The translations under genes and the position numbers were made by a program. DNA of 61,548 bases, counting the filler, from Choristocarpus tenellus KU-1152 (taxonomy: Eukaryota; Protista; Phaeophyceae): the NCBI GenBank assembly GCA_964200185.2. It is 9 parts of 9 records of this genome, joined end to end, with 100 filler letters (N's around TTAATTAATTAA, not from the genome) between each part and the next. Parts side by side here need not be neighbours in the genome. Positions count along the whole stretch, not along the records: positions 11,062 to 13,823 come from CAXNAD020024970.1; positions 13,924 to 22,021 come from CAXNAD020005153.1; positions 22,122 to 31,549 come from CAXNAD020003680.1; 6 more parts are not named here. One strand, given 5' to 3'. The notes beneath the pieces are model-generated. The model was not told the DNA's origin. It searched no databases and saw only the letters and a list, made by a program, of their open reading frames with translations. Below, in pieces: positions 11,946 to 23,880 of the stretch (position 1 is its first letter; the number at the start of each line of letters is the position of its first letter).

Positions 11946-12840
11946 TCAGTATGGGGGCAGAGTGGGACTTGTCCAGAACCAGGAACGTGTAGGAGCGTCT
12001 TGGTCTATACTGTAGCGTTCGACAAGAAGCTGGATATTTCGCAAGTCGCCATTCTCTCATTTAACCTCGTAGGGGTAGCTGACTCGTTCATCTCCAACTT
12101 TCATTGTGTAGTGGGGCTGGTACTTGGTCACGGTCCCTCGCATCCACTGATTGTCCCATCTGAAGTACAGTCCCCTGCCGTTGGCGCCGGCATTGAGTGT
12201 TTCTCCCTCATCTAAATCCGGCACAACCCTCAGTGTCGGTTCAAGGAGTATATATTTCTCTGCATCCTTCTCCATGTCAATACGCTTCCGCTGGCAGCCA
12301 ACAATCAACTGGCGGCATTGTCTGACACGCTGGGCTGCAGCTTCGACACTGTCCCTCTTGTTCTTCTCCCGAAGTTGGTCGACACTCTCCTCTATCTCGT
12401 CCTCTGTCATGTACGACCTCAGATGAGGGGGCAAAGATTTTTCGCCATCGTCCGGAAGGTAGGACACTGAGTAGATGTACGCCCCTGAACCGTCCACGTG
12501 AACATCTCTGACCTTCCCCAGTACGATAGACTTCCACTCGCGCGTAGGATGAAGCTGGTTCCTCGGCCGAATCTGGTGTCGGATGTGTCCCCAAGTCTGA
12601 GTTGCCTGGAGAAGCGAACAGGTATCCCACCGAGGGATTGCCGGTTGGATTCTGTGGTGAACCTCTGGTATTGACCAGGCAGGATTTTGAATGTGCTGTC
12701 CAGGTGGTTGTGGTGGATGTCTGTGAAGTCCGGGATGATGATAGCCTGAAGGGGCACAACGTGGGGACCCGGTTGTGCGTCCTGTATCACCACAAAGATG
12801 TTCGTTGCAAGGGCTGTGTTGGTGTGTTGGACTATTGGTA
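11946..12840 (-). pseudogene. Intronless decayed ORF of unknown family with Tudor/SH3-like aromatic beta-domain pattern; likely TE- or virus-derived
   Basis: ORFs 12419-12793 and 12057-12935 join into one protein if a 2-nt GC duplication near 12540-12545 is removed (GTSFILR|EWKSIVLGKV). The frame reads on past an in-frame TGA at 12059-12057 (YEVK*ENGDLRNIQLLVERYSIDQDAPTRSWFW). Confidence 0.55.
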
Positions 12841-13923
12841 TGTGTTTGGGCGTGATGACCTTGTTTGGTTGTATAGGGGTGCTGTTTGTTTTGGTTTGGA
12901 GGAATGGAGAATTTTATGTGGGATAGAGGATACACTTACACAGCGAAATGAATTAATGGGATTCGCTTATTTGCCCTATGGAACTTGTAAAATAGTATGT
13001 GAGAGTTGACGATTGCGGCTGTAGAGTAGGAGAAAAAAATGTCACTGATTTGGATGTCAGGATTGGACATTATGGGAGGATTTTATTTGGGTATGAAGGG
13101 ATATCAGGGGATATGCAACATCTGTATATAGACAGCGTGGATTCATTTGTGTGGAGCATTGTTCTCTTAGTAACAACAAGAAGTGTTTCGTTTCTCACCT
13201 TTTCCGTCCGTGACATGCGAATGGTACGAATTTTGTCCTGTTTGTCCATGTGGGGCTTGGCTTCCCTTGGGCTTTTATTGACATTTTACCTACTCCAAAA
13301 TGTTTCGGAGTAGGTAAAATGTATACTTTATGAAAAGGAGTGTCCAGACAAGGATATTGACATCTTCTAACAAACATGGTAGTCAAAATTACGTCAAAAT
13401 TGCAACATTGGATTTTGGTCCCCAAATGGACGCGGCTGTACCCTCTAAAATACTTTGACTCTATGCGCTAACTTTTCCTGGAACAAGTATTTGGTAAATG
13501 ACAGATGTCAATTTGTGATAAAAACAAAACCTTAGAGTTTTGGGTTAGTTTGACGCTTGGCAGACTTCTGAAAAATAGAGGGCGAGATGATTGTAAGTGT
13601 GCACGGACGGTGTGTGGTCGATTAAGAATTGCGTATGTGTGATTATCATGTCGCGTGTGGTGTCGACCAGAAGGGTAGACACGGATGTGATATAATGGGT
13701 CAACGATATCTATTATGTGTTTAGTGTATGGGTTGGCAAGGGGCGGGAGGGGCGAGTCTGTCCCCAGTGGCAAACAGAAGTCGATTATTGTGAGTGGGGG
13801 GGACCGTGCAAGTCATATATGTGNNNNNNNNNNNNNNNNNNNNNNNNNNNNNNNNNNNNNNNNNNNNTTAATTAATTAANNNNNNNNNNNNNNNNNNNNN
13901 NNNNNNNNNNNNNNNNNNNNNNN

Positions 13924-14543
13924 CCCCACCACCACCACCACCGCCCCCACCACTGCTAGCAGCGGTAATGAGGCCCTCAATGCCAGTCTTCTGTAGGAAG
14001 CTTGCGAAGAGTACAGGCCAGTATGCCTCCACTTCATTTCCAGTAGCCTTGATCAGGGCACCCAACTGGTCGCTTGTGATCTCGGCCTACAAATTACAGG
14101 GTGGTTGGGAAAGGGTTCAGATTCGTGCATCAGATGCCTCAAATATAAACAGCGCAAACATTGGCCTCTTTTCGGCACGTCACCGAAGACAAAGAACCCA
14201 CCTATAAGTAGGAACCAGCTGATAACCAGTCAACTTAGAACGTGGACGAGCACAAATGGACCCATTTAGCCCGTTCAAAAGTGACCTTACAATCTCCAGC
14301 TGAGTTTAATTCCTTGTCCCATGCCTCAACTTCAAACAAGTAACATAGGTTATCAAATCAGGACATTTCAAACTCTCTCACCAGCTGTTTCCGTCCGAGG
14401 CAACCATAAAATGTTGTTCGCTTACATGTGTGATTTCAACTCACTACTAAAGTGACCTACAGGTTACTCACATCACCATCATAGAGCGCCAGGGCGGCGT
14501 AAGATGTGCAAAGCTCATCGTACTCCTCTTTGGTAAACCCCAT
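13924..14543 (-). CDS. RPLP1: 60S acidic ribosomal protein P1, 3' end truncated by contig end; exons 14543-14472, 14086-13924
   Basis: MGFTKEEYDELCTSYAALALYDGD|AEITSDQLGALIKATGNEVEAYWPVLFASFL...SSGGGGG is the typical P1 N-domain and Gly-rich hinge. The intron is GTGAGT...TAG. Confidence 0.93.
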
Positions 14544-14768
14544 CGTCACTTGGTCTGAGCAGGGGCGGACGAGGTGAATCAATTTAAGCCCACAGGCAGA
14601 AACACCGAGTACTGAACACTCACCATCCAACCAATTGTATCTTTCAATAAACCTGGAAGGCCTGTCATCACCCCAAAAAGCTCGAAATATTAACCACCTC
14701 CAAATCAACACCCCTTAATTATATACCACTTTCCATTATTGTCCAAGTAATGTAAACTTGTCACAAAG
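14544..14768. promoter_or_regulatory. Putative bidirectional promoter between RPLP1 and DGAT2
   Basis: Only 225 bp separate the divergent ATGs (14543 on -, 14769 on +) on one contig. Confidence 0.55.
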
Positions 14769-17700
14769 ATGCTTCTGAATGTGGTGACGGCTCAGACAGG
14801 CGTAAGACCGAGAAAGAGACATAATGATATTCTAAATGACGCGATTGTGACTGGCTCCTCTATTGTCCTCATTGGATCCTTCTTTTGGGTGAGGACAGTC
14901 AGCGCAATAGTATATTTGGGGAGAGCGTAATCTATCAGCCTTAAAGATGGATGAAAGATGGGGAAGAAGATGCGATAAGTGGTGTTCTCAGTGAGATGGG
15001 TCTTATACCGTAAAGATTGAAATCATTAGGATGTCATGCTTACTGTTGATTGACTCCATTGAGGTAACTAAACTGGACCTGGTCCTTTGTTGATTAGAGC
15101 ACATATTCCCTTTGATCTCCTCCAGATCCCAGGTTTCCTCTGGTACATGTGGAGGAAGAAGTGCAAGACACGACGGCAAAAAGCATTATTACTCGGGTGT
15201 CTCCTAGCTGCATTTACTGTCCCGATGCCGACTACCAGAAAGCTTACAAAGCTTAAACTTTGGGACAGGTGCGATTCGTGGACGACTACAATATCCATAT
15301 ATTTCCTTGCCTTTTCCAGTTACTTGTCGTAACTGGGCTTAAATATTTGTCGTAACTGGGCTTAAATATTTGTCGTAATCCTGAAGCAATGGCCAGACTG
15401 TGTCGCGAAGTCGGGAAAGGAGTACAATTGATTTTGAACTCTTCTTTTGCAAGAACAATAGGCTGGTAGTTGTCTACCTTTGCGCCAACTGATTCGTTTC
15501 CCAAGTAGTCGTTAGACTAAAGAGTTACGCAGCCTAGCTAAAAGGTTCAGTAAGGCAAGTAGGCTACATATGCAGTATTGAGTGTATACTGCACAGTAAT
15601 CCAGACTTGTTGGCCCTAACTCTTGACCTATCAACGCCCTTGTCATGGGATGTGCTATGCCATCTTCCGTTCCACTCCACCCCTGGTTTGACTGTTTCGA
15701 TGTCTCCCTCTCCATCCAGATTCTTGCAATACTTTTCAGGGAGAGTGGTTGGTGAGGCTCAGGCTGGATTGAACCAACAGACGTTATTTTGCTTGGTGCC
15801 TCATGGCATCTTTCCATTCGGGATAGCTCTTGGGTCCCTCGGAAGGTGCTCCTACACCTCAAGAACTGTCACCCCTCTGGAAGTCAAACAGCTATACTGC
15901 AACACCTCATCTCCTCCCAGATGTTTTTGACGACCAGATAATAATTCACTAGGAGGTCAGTTGTAAAGAACTCCGATAACTAAAAAGTGACCATCTTGAT
16001 GATTTGTTCCCTCCCATTTTTACTGTCTCGTTGAAGTTTAAATAGGAAATCTTTCAAGACTGATACTCACTTCGCATCAGAAAATTACTTTGTGGGACAG
16101 GTTGGTTTATGGTGTGAGTTTTTTCTTGGGGGGAGGAGTCAGGAGGTGGAGGCACTTGAAAACACCTTGAAATCAGAAGGGGGCCAATCAAGTAGTCTTC
16201 AGAGACTGTGATAGTACTGCTTGGGATATAATTCCACGCAAAAACTGCTCCTTCACTTCTGCACCCTTTGCGTCCGTGCTCTTTGTGTATGTTGCATTAT
16301 TCTACGGCTTGTGTTCAGGTTGACTTCAAAAATATAATGATTGAGAATGCATGACACACTAGGATTCCCTTCGCTTCTATTCAAATCAAAAGTCCAGTTA
16401 CTTTAGAGATCCACATATGTGTTGTGCCTGCACCTGGTAACACAAGGTATCCAGAACATGCCAAATCGTCCCCCATGCAAATGCACACTCCTTCCTCCTC
16501 AAACTCCTTAATAATTTTCGCCCTGAAAGAATCAACCGTTCATAGTCTTCATGTTGACTCTATGTGCTGAACTCCGTGCATACTCTGCTATGTAGGTGAT
16601 AAAATTGTCAAAATGACCCCGAAGAGACTTATGTAGTGAAAACCCTCTCCTACCACCACAGGTTGAATACAAGGCCCAACTGAAAGTCAAAAGAAATGGT
16701 CTAGGTCACTTTGGAGCCAGGTTTTGAGTGCATTTGTCTGTCCAAATTCGAACATAAGCGATAGTGCTTAAGTCTGGTTTCTTGTAAACTTGAACAGTGA
16801 ATCATATGCAACTACTTACGTGCACAGAAGGGCCGAAGCATGGGTCATTGAGAGAGTGACCCAAGTTGCCTGTCCTCTCTTCCTGTTCGTCTTCCACTTC
16901 CCCCATGCATTCCCCTGCTCTGTGCCAATTTCACCACTGATAAAGCTTTTCAACTACCATGTCTCACAGGCTCAATGAAGCAGTCTTCAACAATCTTAGA
17001 CCAGTCGTGGCAACATCAATCACTCGAGTGCCCATAATTGGGCACATCCTTGGTCTCATTGGTGCTGTGGATGCCTCACCAGCAACTGTAGACAAGGCCC
17101 TGAGCGAGGGCCACTCTCTTGGGCTTGCGCCTGGTGGTATTGCAGAAATCTTCCTGGACAGCAAGGCAGGCAAGGAATATGCCCTGCTGAAGAATCGCAA
17201 GGGCTTCATCAAGCAGGCCATGGCTCATGGTGTGCCAATTGTCCCTGTGTATGGTACGTGTACTTCTGGAGAGTATGCTAGACTCAAAATAGTATCTGTT
17301 GTAGGGTTAGGGTTGAAGTTAGAGAGTACTTTACTTCTGAGAATTAGTGACAAGCCAGTAGTAGTCTGGAGTGTATAGGATTGTGAACGGAAGATTGAGC
17401 TAGGTATTTTTTTCTGACATATGCCCAACCCTTTTGTGTGACTCCTTTGTGTTGTGGGTAAGTTGTGAGAGGTCAAAAGGGAAACTCTGTAGACAAGATC
17501 ACGATGTCTCACTAAAAGTCCTGCAGGGTGCGTTGTAATCGTTACTAGTCTCATTGTTTGTATTTTCTCATTGATCTCTCACCCAAGCATGCATGCTGCA
17601 TAATGGCTGACTACCGTTTTATCCTGAAGATGTTTGGTACACGCACACGCACAGACAAGTCATTTTTTTCTTACCCTCAGTATTTTCAATCCCTTCTTCA

Positions 17701-17997
17701 GTGTTCGGTAACTCCGACACATTCAGGCGGGTACAATTACCCATGTGGCTGGAGGCGGCCTCCAGACTCCTCAAGGTGTCACTTGTTCTTTTCTGGGGCA
17801 GATGGGGGCTTCCGGTCCCTTTCAAAATCCCACTGACTTACGCTGTGGGTAAGGCCATTGAGGTTAAGAAGAACGCTTCACCGTCTGCTGAGGAAGTGGA
17901 TGCACTACATACTTTGTTCTGCGCTGGGTTGATGCAACTGTTTGAGCGCCATAAGGATGAGTGTGGCTGGCAGCACAAGCACTTGGAACTGATATAG
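14769..17997 (+). CDS. DGAT2: Diacylglycerol/monoacylglycerol acyltransferase (DAGAT family); exons 14769-14888, 15126-15268, 15720-15845, 16970-17253, 17702-17997
   Basis: Phase-compatible exons give an N-terminal hydrophobic segment, QYFS (YFP block), VPHGIFP (HPHG block), APGGIAEIF, RKGFIKQAMAHGVPIVPVYVFGN, WGRWGLPVPF, VGKAI and EEVDALH..F...L..LFERHK. Confidence 0.92.
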
Positions 17998-19845
17998 TAG
18001 GAATAGGATGAACTGCAGACAGTCCGAGGGCTGTAGAGTTATACTCCAGTAGGTAGAATGCAGTCATAGGAGACTGCCGTGATAGAGGCTGTACAGCAAT
18101 ATGTAGATGTTATATCCATTAACATTCAGTAATGCGGTTTGTGCACAATGCCACTAGAGTATTTGAGTCACTGAGCCTTAACAGTAGGTGGAAGTACTGG
18201 TTTTTAAGTAGTGGAAATAGACTGTAGTTGGTTGTGACAATACCTGTCGGTGTAGCTGCATATATATATGTGTATGTGTGTGTGCTCACGTCAGCAATGG
18301 GCATGGTGATTGATTGCTAAGGACATGGAAGGCAGGTGAATGTGATGTTGCAGGTATTTTTTGTTGCATATTGATCAGGAGATAGCAAGACCAGCTGACA
18401 GAAAATATGTTTCTACTACTGTGAGAAGAAAACAGCAAGATGAAACCCTTGAGGTAAAGTGAGGAGCAGGGTTAGCTTTTACTAGTTCGTTTTAGTGTTC
18501 AGAAGGGGATCAATTGAAGCTTCAAACCTTTGGGGTATGGAGTATGATTTGCTGCTGTTCCAAATATCATATCCCATACTGGAATCAGTCATACTCATTC
18601 TGTATGTTGATTTTTGGTACAAGCGATCAGACAAGGAAGCCCCATTTTCCCTGCCAAATCAACTGATCGAACTTCACTTAGTTTAACAAGGTCAGTAGAA
18701 GGTTTGGGTGTTTGACCAAGCTGTGCACCCAATAGTGCGCCGGCTCGGTTGAGAAAAGATAATATCTTCTGGTTTCGCATTGTTTGTCAATAGCTTTCAA
18801 GAAGACAAGAGGCCCCGTGGCTTGTTGCATTGTAGGGTTCAAATTTATTGTAGACAGACTAACCTTGACTGTCTTGTGCTCCAAAGAAGTCAGGCCTGTT
18901 CTTTTCAAGTTTTTTCTTGTGGACATTATCTTGAGCTCATGCCTGCCTACACATGTAATGCCTATCGCACTTGCACCATCTGTACATGGCATAATTATCT
19001 TTGGCGTATGTACTTACCATTTTCTCAAATTCTACTGAGATGCGGTTTCCTACCTATATTGTTAAGCACAACTTCACCCAGTGAGAGAATAAGAACCATG
19101 ATCATAGCTGAACCTCAACTGCAAAATGCTGTTGTTATTGGGCTCCATATTACATACCAGAGTAGATAGGTCTGGAAGTTAATTTCTAATTGCTCCAGAG
19201 TAGTTCACCGTCTCATGTTGATTATTTCACACCACTCCACAACTTGGTAGGTACAGTGCACAGGGATCTGTACGTGTGTTTGTACCTAGATTTCAACCAA
19301 AGAGACGTTATTTTAACATCAGAGTGGTGCTGTTATAACCTTTGGCTGGACCTGCCACATCAAACCCACAGTCAAGACCAAAGGTTCCAAACAATCAGAT
19401 CCACATCTTCAACCACAGCACAATCAATCGACTCATCAATTAGTGTTTTGCTTTTTTTTCTTCCAAATCCTTCACACCCCGGACAACATAACACCCTACG
19501 CTATAATGGCGTTACCCAAGAACGTTTGACCACATTCGGCTTTTCTATAGTGGACGTTTCCATCAGATTTAGATACTCTTGCATAACCAACTAACATAAT
19601 ATTTCCAAATTATTTTCATAAACCGAGTAGCATAAACCTTCGTTTGTACTACAAAACAAAAACCAAAAAGAGCATCGATATATGTAGTATATATCATTGT
19701 ATATTCTAAGTAGTATCAACCTTAGAATAGAATAGATTGTACTACAAGGATAATTACTGATGATATCGAATCTAACGTTAAGTGTGTTTTACTCTATAAA
19801 TTACGCTATTCATGGAACGTTAGGGTCCATTTACTCTAAGACGTG

Positions 19846-20690
19846 ATTATGCTCTCTGACATTTTGCAGAGGTGTCAGGGTAAAAAGCGATTCAATATTG
19901 TATTATTATGCCCCTTGACATCTTGCAGATATGTAAGGGGGAAAACCAATGAATGGAAACTATTCACATGTCAGTATAAACCCTAAAGTAAAATAGATCA
20001 CAAGTGTGAGAGTATTCACATGTCAGTATAAACCCTAAAGTAAAATAGATCACAAGTTTGAGAGACACTAATATATTTGTTATTTCACTACTATGTTGTA
20101 CCACTACCTTCCCGTGCCTCCAACATACCTATTCCTGCAACCCGGGGTGAGTACCTAGCAAGGCATCCCAAGAATTCAACAAACCCCTAAGAATTCCGGT
20201 AAATAAAGGTAGAAATTGCCCTAAATGTGAAAGATAGGACTACGAGCTATATTAAGATATATATGTATGCTAACCGTTGTCTAGAACAAGGTTTGTGTGT
20301 GACGTCCATTGTCAGGATAACATTCGGTACGATTTGCTCTATATATCGTCATAGCGTCTGTTCGGTACAACAACAACGATAGAGGTTTCATTTCCTTGTT
20401 CTTGAACAATAAAAAGAAACTAGAAATATTGAGAAAAGTTCAAATGGTGCAGCCTTCATCTCAGTGGGGCTTGTGACGCTTTGCAGATGTGTCTGGGGAA
20501 AAACCAATGAAAACTATTCACATGTCAGAAAAATCCCTCAAAGAGTAACAGTTGTTGTGAAATGTGAAAGACATTTATCTATTTACTATTTACTATTTTA
20601 CTACCAACTATGCAGTACCACTGCCTTCCTGTGCCTCCAACCTAGCTTAGACCTGCACCCCAGCCAGGGTGAGGAGGTGGGGAAGCGTCC
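19846..20690 (-). mobile_element. Cluster of three 3' fragments of the CRE-like element (19846-19883, ~19901-20187, ~20465-20690)
   Basis: Reverse-complement matches to the 3' hairpin and tail of 8900-9156. A 53-bp tandem duplication lies at about 19960-20062. Confidence 0.7.
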
Positions 20691-21905
20691 TTATTATTGT
20701 TTGTTCAATCTTTTTGAAGTAGAGAAAGGAAGAAACGGAGGAGATCTGACAGAAGAAAGAGAAAATATAGTAGTGGAAGAATAAAAAAGATGCTTATTTT
20801 GTACTCAGTCATAATTCAAACCAAAAAATGTTGTTATTTGACAAACCTTTCATTCGGTCCATAACATCCATTCTTGTGGGCAACGCTAGTGGTCGTTCGC
20901 TCTATAAAAATATCATTTGTCTGGACAGCGCTTGGTTGTGTTTATATAAGCCATACATTGTGAACGTTTCGTTTATGAGATGTGAAATTATTATTGTGTA
21001 TGTGTTGCATTGTTAAAGTTGTGAATCCAATTATTTCCTATGCGTAATCAACTATTTGTTGAACACCAAATCTACAATAGCAGACAGGCTTCATTTTGAT
21101 GGAATTTGTCGTAAACCAGTGAAGGAGCTACAAGTGTAACCCACGGACATGGACCTTCATGAATCTGTGGAACAAGTTGTGTAACACGTCATGATTGGAG
21201 TGGCACAATACTCATGTTGTCACCTCGGAGCTTGTACCTACCTGCCAGGTGTAGAAACTGTCATGACGAAGGTTCTTTACAGAGGTACACAGCTACGTGG
21301 ATATGCTGCTAATATACCTTCCAAAACTATGCATGTTGTACTACCATATCATGTTGCCACTCGTCCATGGGCTATTCTCAGTTTAATTGCAACGACTGAG
21401 ATCGTATAGTAATTGCCTGAGAATCATCCAGGCTTGTGTTCAGTGATGGCGGTAGAGGGGTAAGTTGTCCTCCACCTCCCTATTTGTTGAAGTGACATCA
21501 CACTATCTTCTTGATTGAGTGAGTTGGAGATTAGAACTAAAGAAGAAAATTATCATCTGTGGACTGCTACTCGCATACGCGCATGCTTAGAGATATTGCT
21601 GCACGGGACGAAAACATTTTTTAAGTGCTTATGATCCTTCGAGACCAGCGGTCCAGACAGATATTTGACACTCCTTGAATCATCAAATAGTGTTACGACT
21701 ACCTGTAAATTATCCTCTGGAGTACAATATAATAGTGCTACTATACTGTACATCATATTTTAAAAATACTCCTATTGTGCTACCTGCAATAATAACAATA
21801 GTAGCTTCACACGTACGACTTGATTGCGAACATCGTAAATGTCGTCATGTCTGGGTGACGATAGATACTAAGAAATTCGTTGTGTTATTGGAAATCACAA
21901 CCATA

Positions 21906-22021
21906 GGCTCAAAGTATCTGTGGGGGGGTGGTGGCATCCATTTGGCGTCCATTTTTTTCCCATATCACGTTTTTTTTGTGATTTGGTTGCATGCGTCGGA
22001 GACCCAATGTATCTGGGAGGG
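21906..22021 (+). mobile_element. MITE family B fragment at contig end (others: 31650-31821, 34802-34984, 35990-36050, 40667-40745, 58374-58557, 58682-58790)
   Basis: Terminus ggctcaaagtatctg(g)n..tccattt shared with the full copy at 52599-52784. Confidence 0.75.
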
Positions 22022-23880
22022 NNNNNNNNNNNNNNNNNNNNNNNNNNNNNNNNNNNNNNNNNNNNTTAATTAATTAANNNNNNNNNNNNNNNNNNNNNNN
22101 NNNNNNNNNNNNNNNNNNNNNAACGATCTTTTTTGTATTTTTTTTTTTTTTTTTTGTACAGATTTTTTTTGTGGTGAGGTCAGGTGGGTTATTCCTCTTT
22201 CTGCTTTTTTTTTTTGGTTTTATTCTGTTTTCAAATTTTTTTAGGCGCTGCCTCGCCATCAAGGCACTATTTGTCAGCCCTGTGCAGGATACCATGGCCT
22301 CTGACCTTTCTTGGGATGTATTAGGTACCATCACGCCATTATTGCGGTGTTTGTAGTTTGGTTGTGGATTGGCTCTTTGGTGATGTTGGGATGTGTCATA
22401 TTTATATTGATGTTGATCTTGATGTTGACCTTGATTATTGTTTCATGGTCCACGTGTACTGCTCTCTGCCATAGGTATGCATCTGTCTGCCTGGGTTTGA
22501 CACCTGTGACATTGTTTTCTTACCAGTATTTCTATTTTCAATCACACTCAGTAGAACACACCATCTTTGTGTATGTTTTTTTTTCTAAAATATCCTAGGG
22601 TTAGGGCTAGGATTACAAATGCCTTCCTTTCCACGTCCCCCAGTGGTTCATACACGAGATAAGCACACTAGCGCCCCCCTGCCTCCCCACCTTCTTGCTG
22701 CTACTGCATCCAATCCCCTTGGTGCAGCATGTACTGCAAGTCATAATGTATTTTGTTTTACAACTATTGTTTCTTTGAGACAAGAAGTTCTAGATAAACG
22801 ACTTTGTACCATTGAACGATGTTTCACTCTATGTTTCACCCTATGTTTTGCCCTTGAAAAGAGGGAAATTGTTCAAGATGTAGAGGTAATGGACTTGTTA
22901 GTTTGATGTTTTTGCAAGTTGGGTCCTCAACTGTTATTGGTGGGGTTCCAGTTTCGGCACCTTTTGAAATTGAAAGAGGTACAGATGTTACCTGGAGTGA
23001 TTCACCCAAGAAGTAGCCAGTGCAAAGGAAATTACCTCAACTCAAACAGTGAAAAAAGAGCTGTACACCAGACTGGGTAGCCGTGATGGGGCAGGTTGTG
23101 AGCCAGCTTAGGAAGAATATTGTGTTTCGAAGGGTTAGGGTTAGGGTTAGGACCTGGGGGATTTTTCCAGAGCTGGGTCACAGGCTGGCTTGAGTTGGGC
23201 AATACATATATGAAGAGTCCATGTCAGGGTCTTTCATGGCTACAAAGGGACTGGGCTGTGGGATATGTTGGGGAAGATACATTCTGAAAGAACAGGCTTG
23301 TTTTCTGGTTTACAGGGCCAGCCTGGATTGTTTGCGTATGAATTATTGTATATTTCAATATTGGTCATTATTTTGGAGTGTAGAGCTGTACTAGTAGCAA
23401 TTTAGCACGTTCAAGTATGCTGATTAAATTAAACAAGATTAGAAATAAGATTAGAAACAAGATTAGATGTAGCCTCAGGATTGCTTTTAAAAGGGTTGGC
23501 CCAGAAGAGATGCAATTTGACCAGGCCAAATCAGGGCATAACAAAAACCTTCACCCAGGCAAGCGTGTGGCCTGGACCAGATAAAGTGTCTGTGAGAGGG
23601 GCCGGACCAGGGCTTGAGAGAATGAAAACAGGGACTGGGTCGGCCCTGCTAACTGCCTGTCAGGTGTATAGCCCTGTAGAGACCATCATGTTCATATTGT
23701 TAGGTCTTTTTTTATTTTCCTTTTGATCTCACACTTCTTGTGTTGGTATGACAGGCAAAACATTGCTTGTGACGTAAAACTGTTTCTTGTAATTTTATAC
23801 TGCATTGAAGCAGTGAAGTAACTTGTAAATTGACTTGTATATCTACATATGTGTGTGTGTGTATTTATATGTGAACATAG

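Noticed and set aside
12057-12059. In-frame TGA as selenocysteine or recoding
   Set aside because: The position fits a mutated Trp codon, the same ORF also has a frameshift, and I identified no SECIS.
22915-23016. Possible upstream exon of the MBL-like gene (…TWSDSPKK)
   Set aside because: The DSP resemblance is weak, splice sites are poor, and the preceding residues do not match the expected hydrophobic strand.
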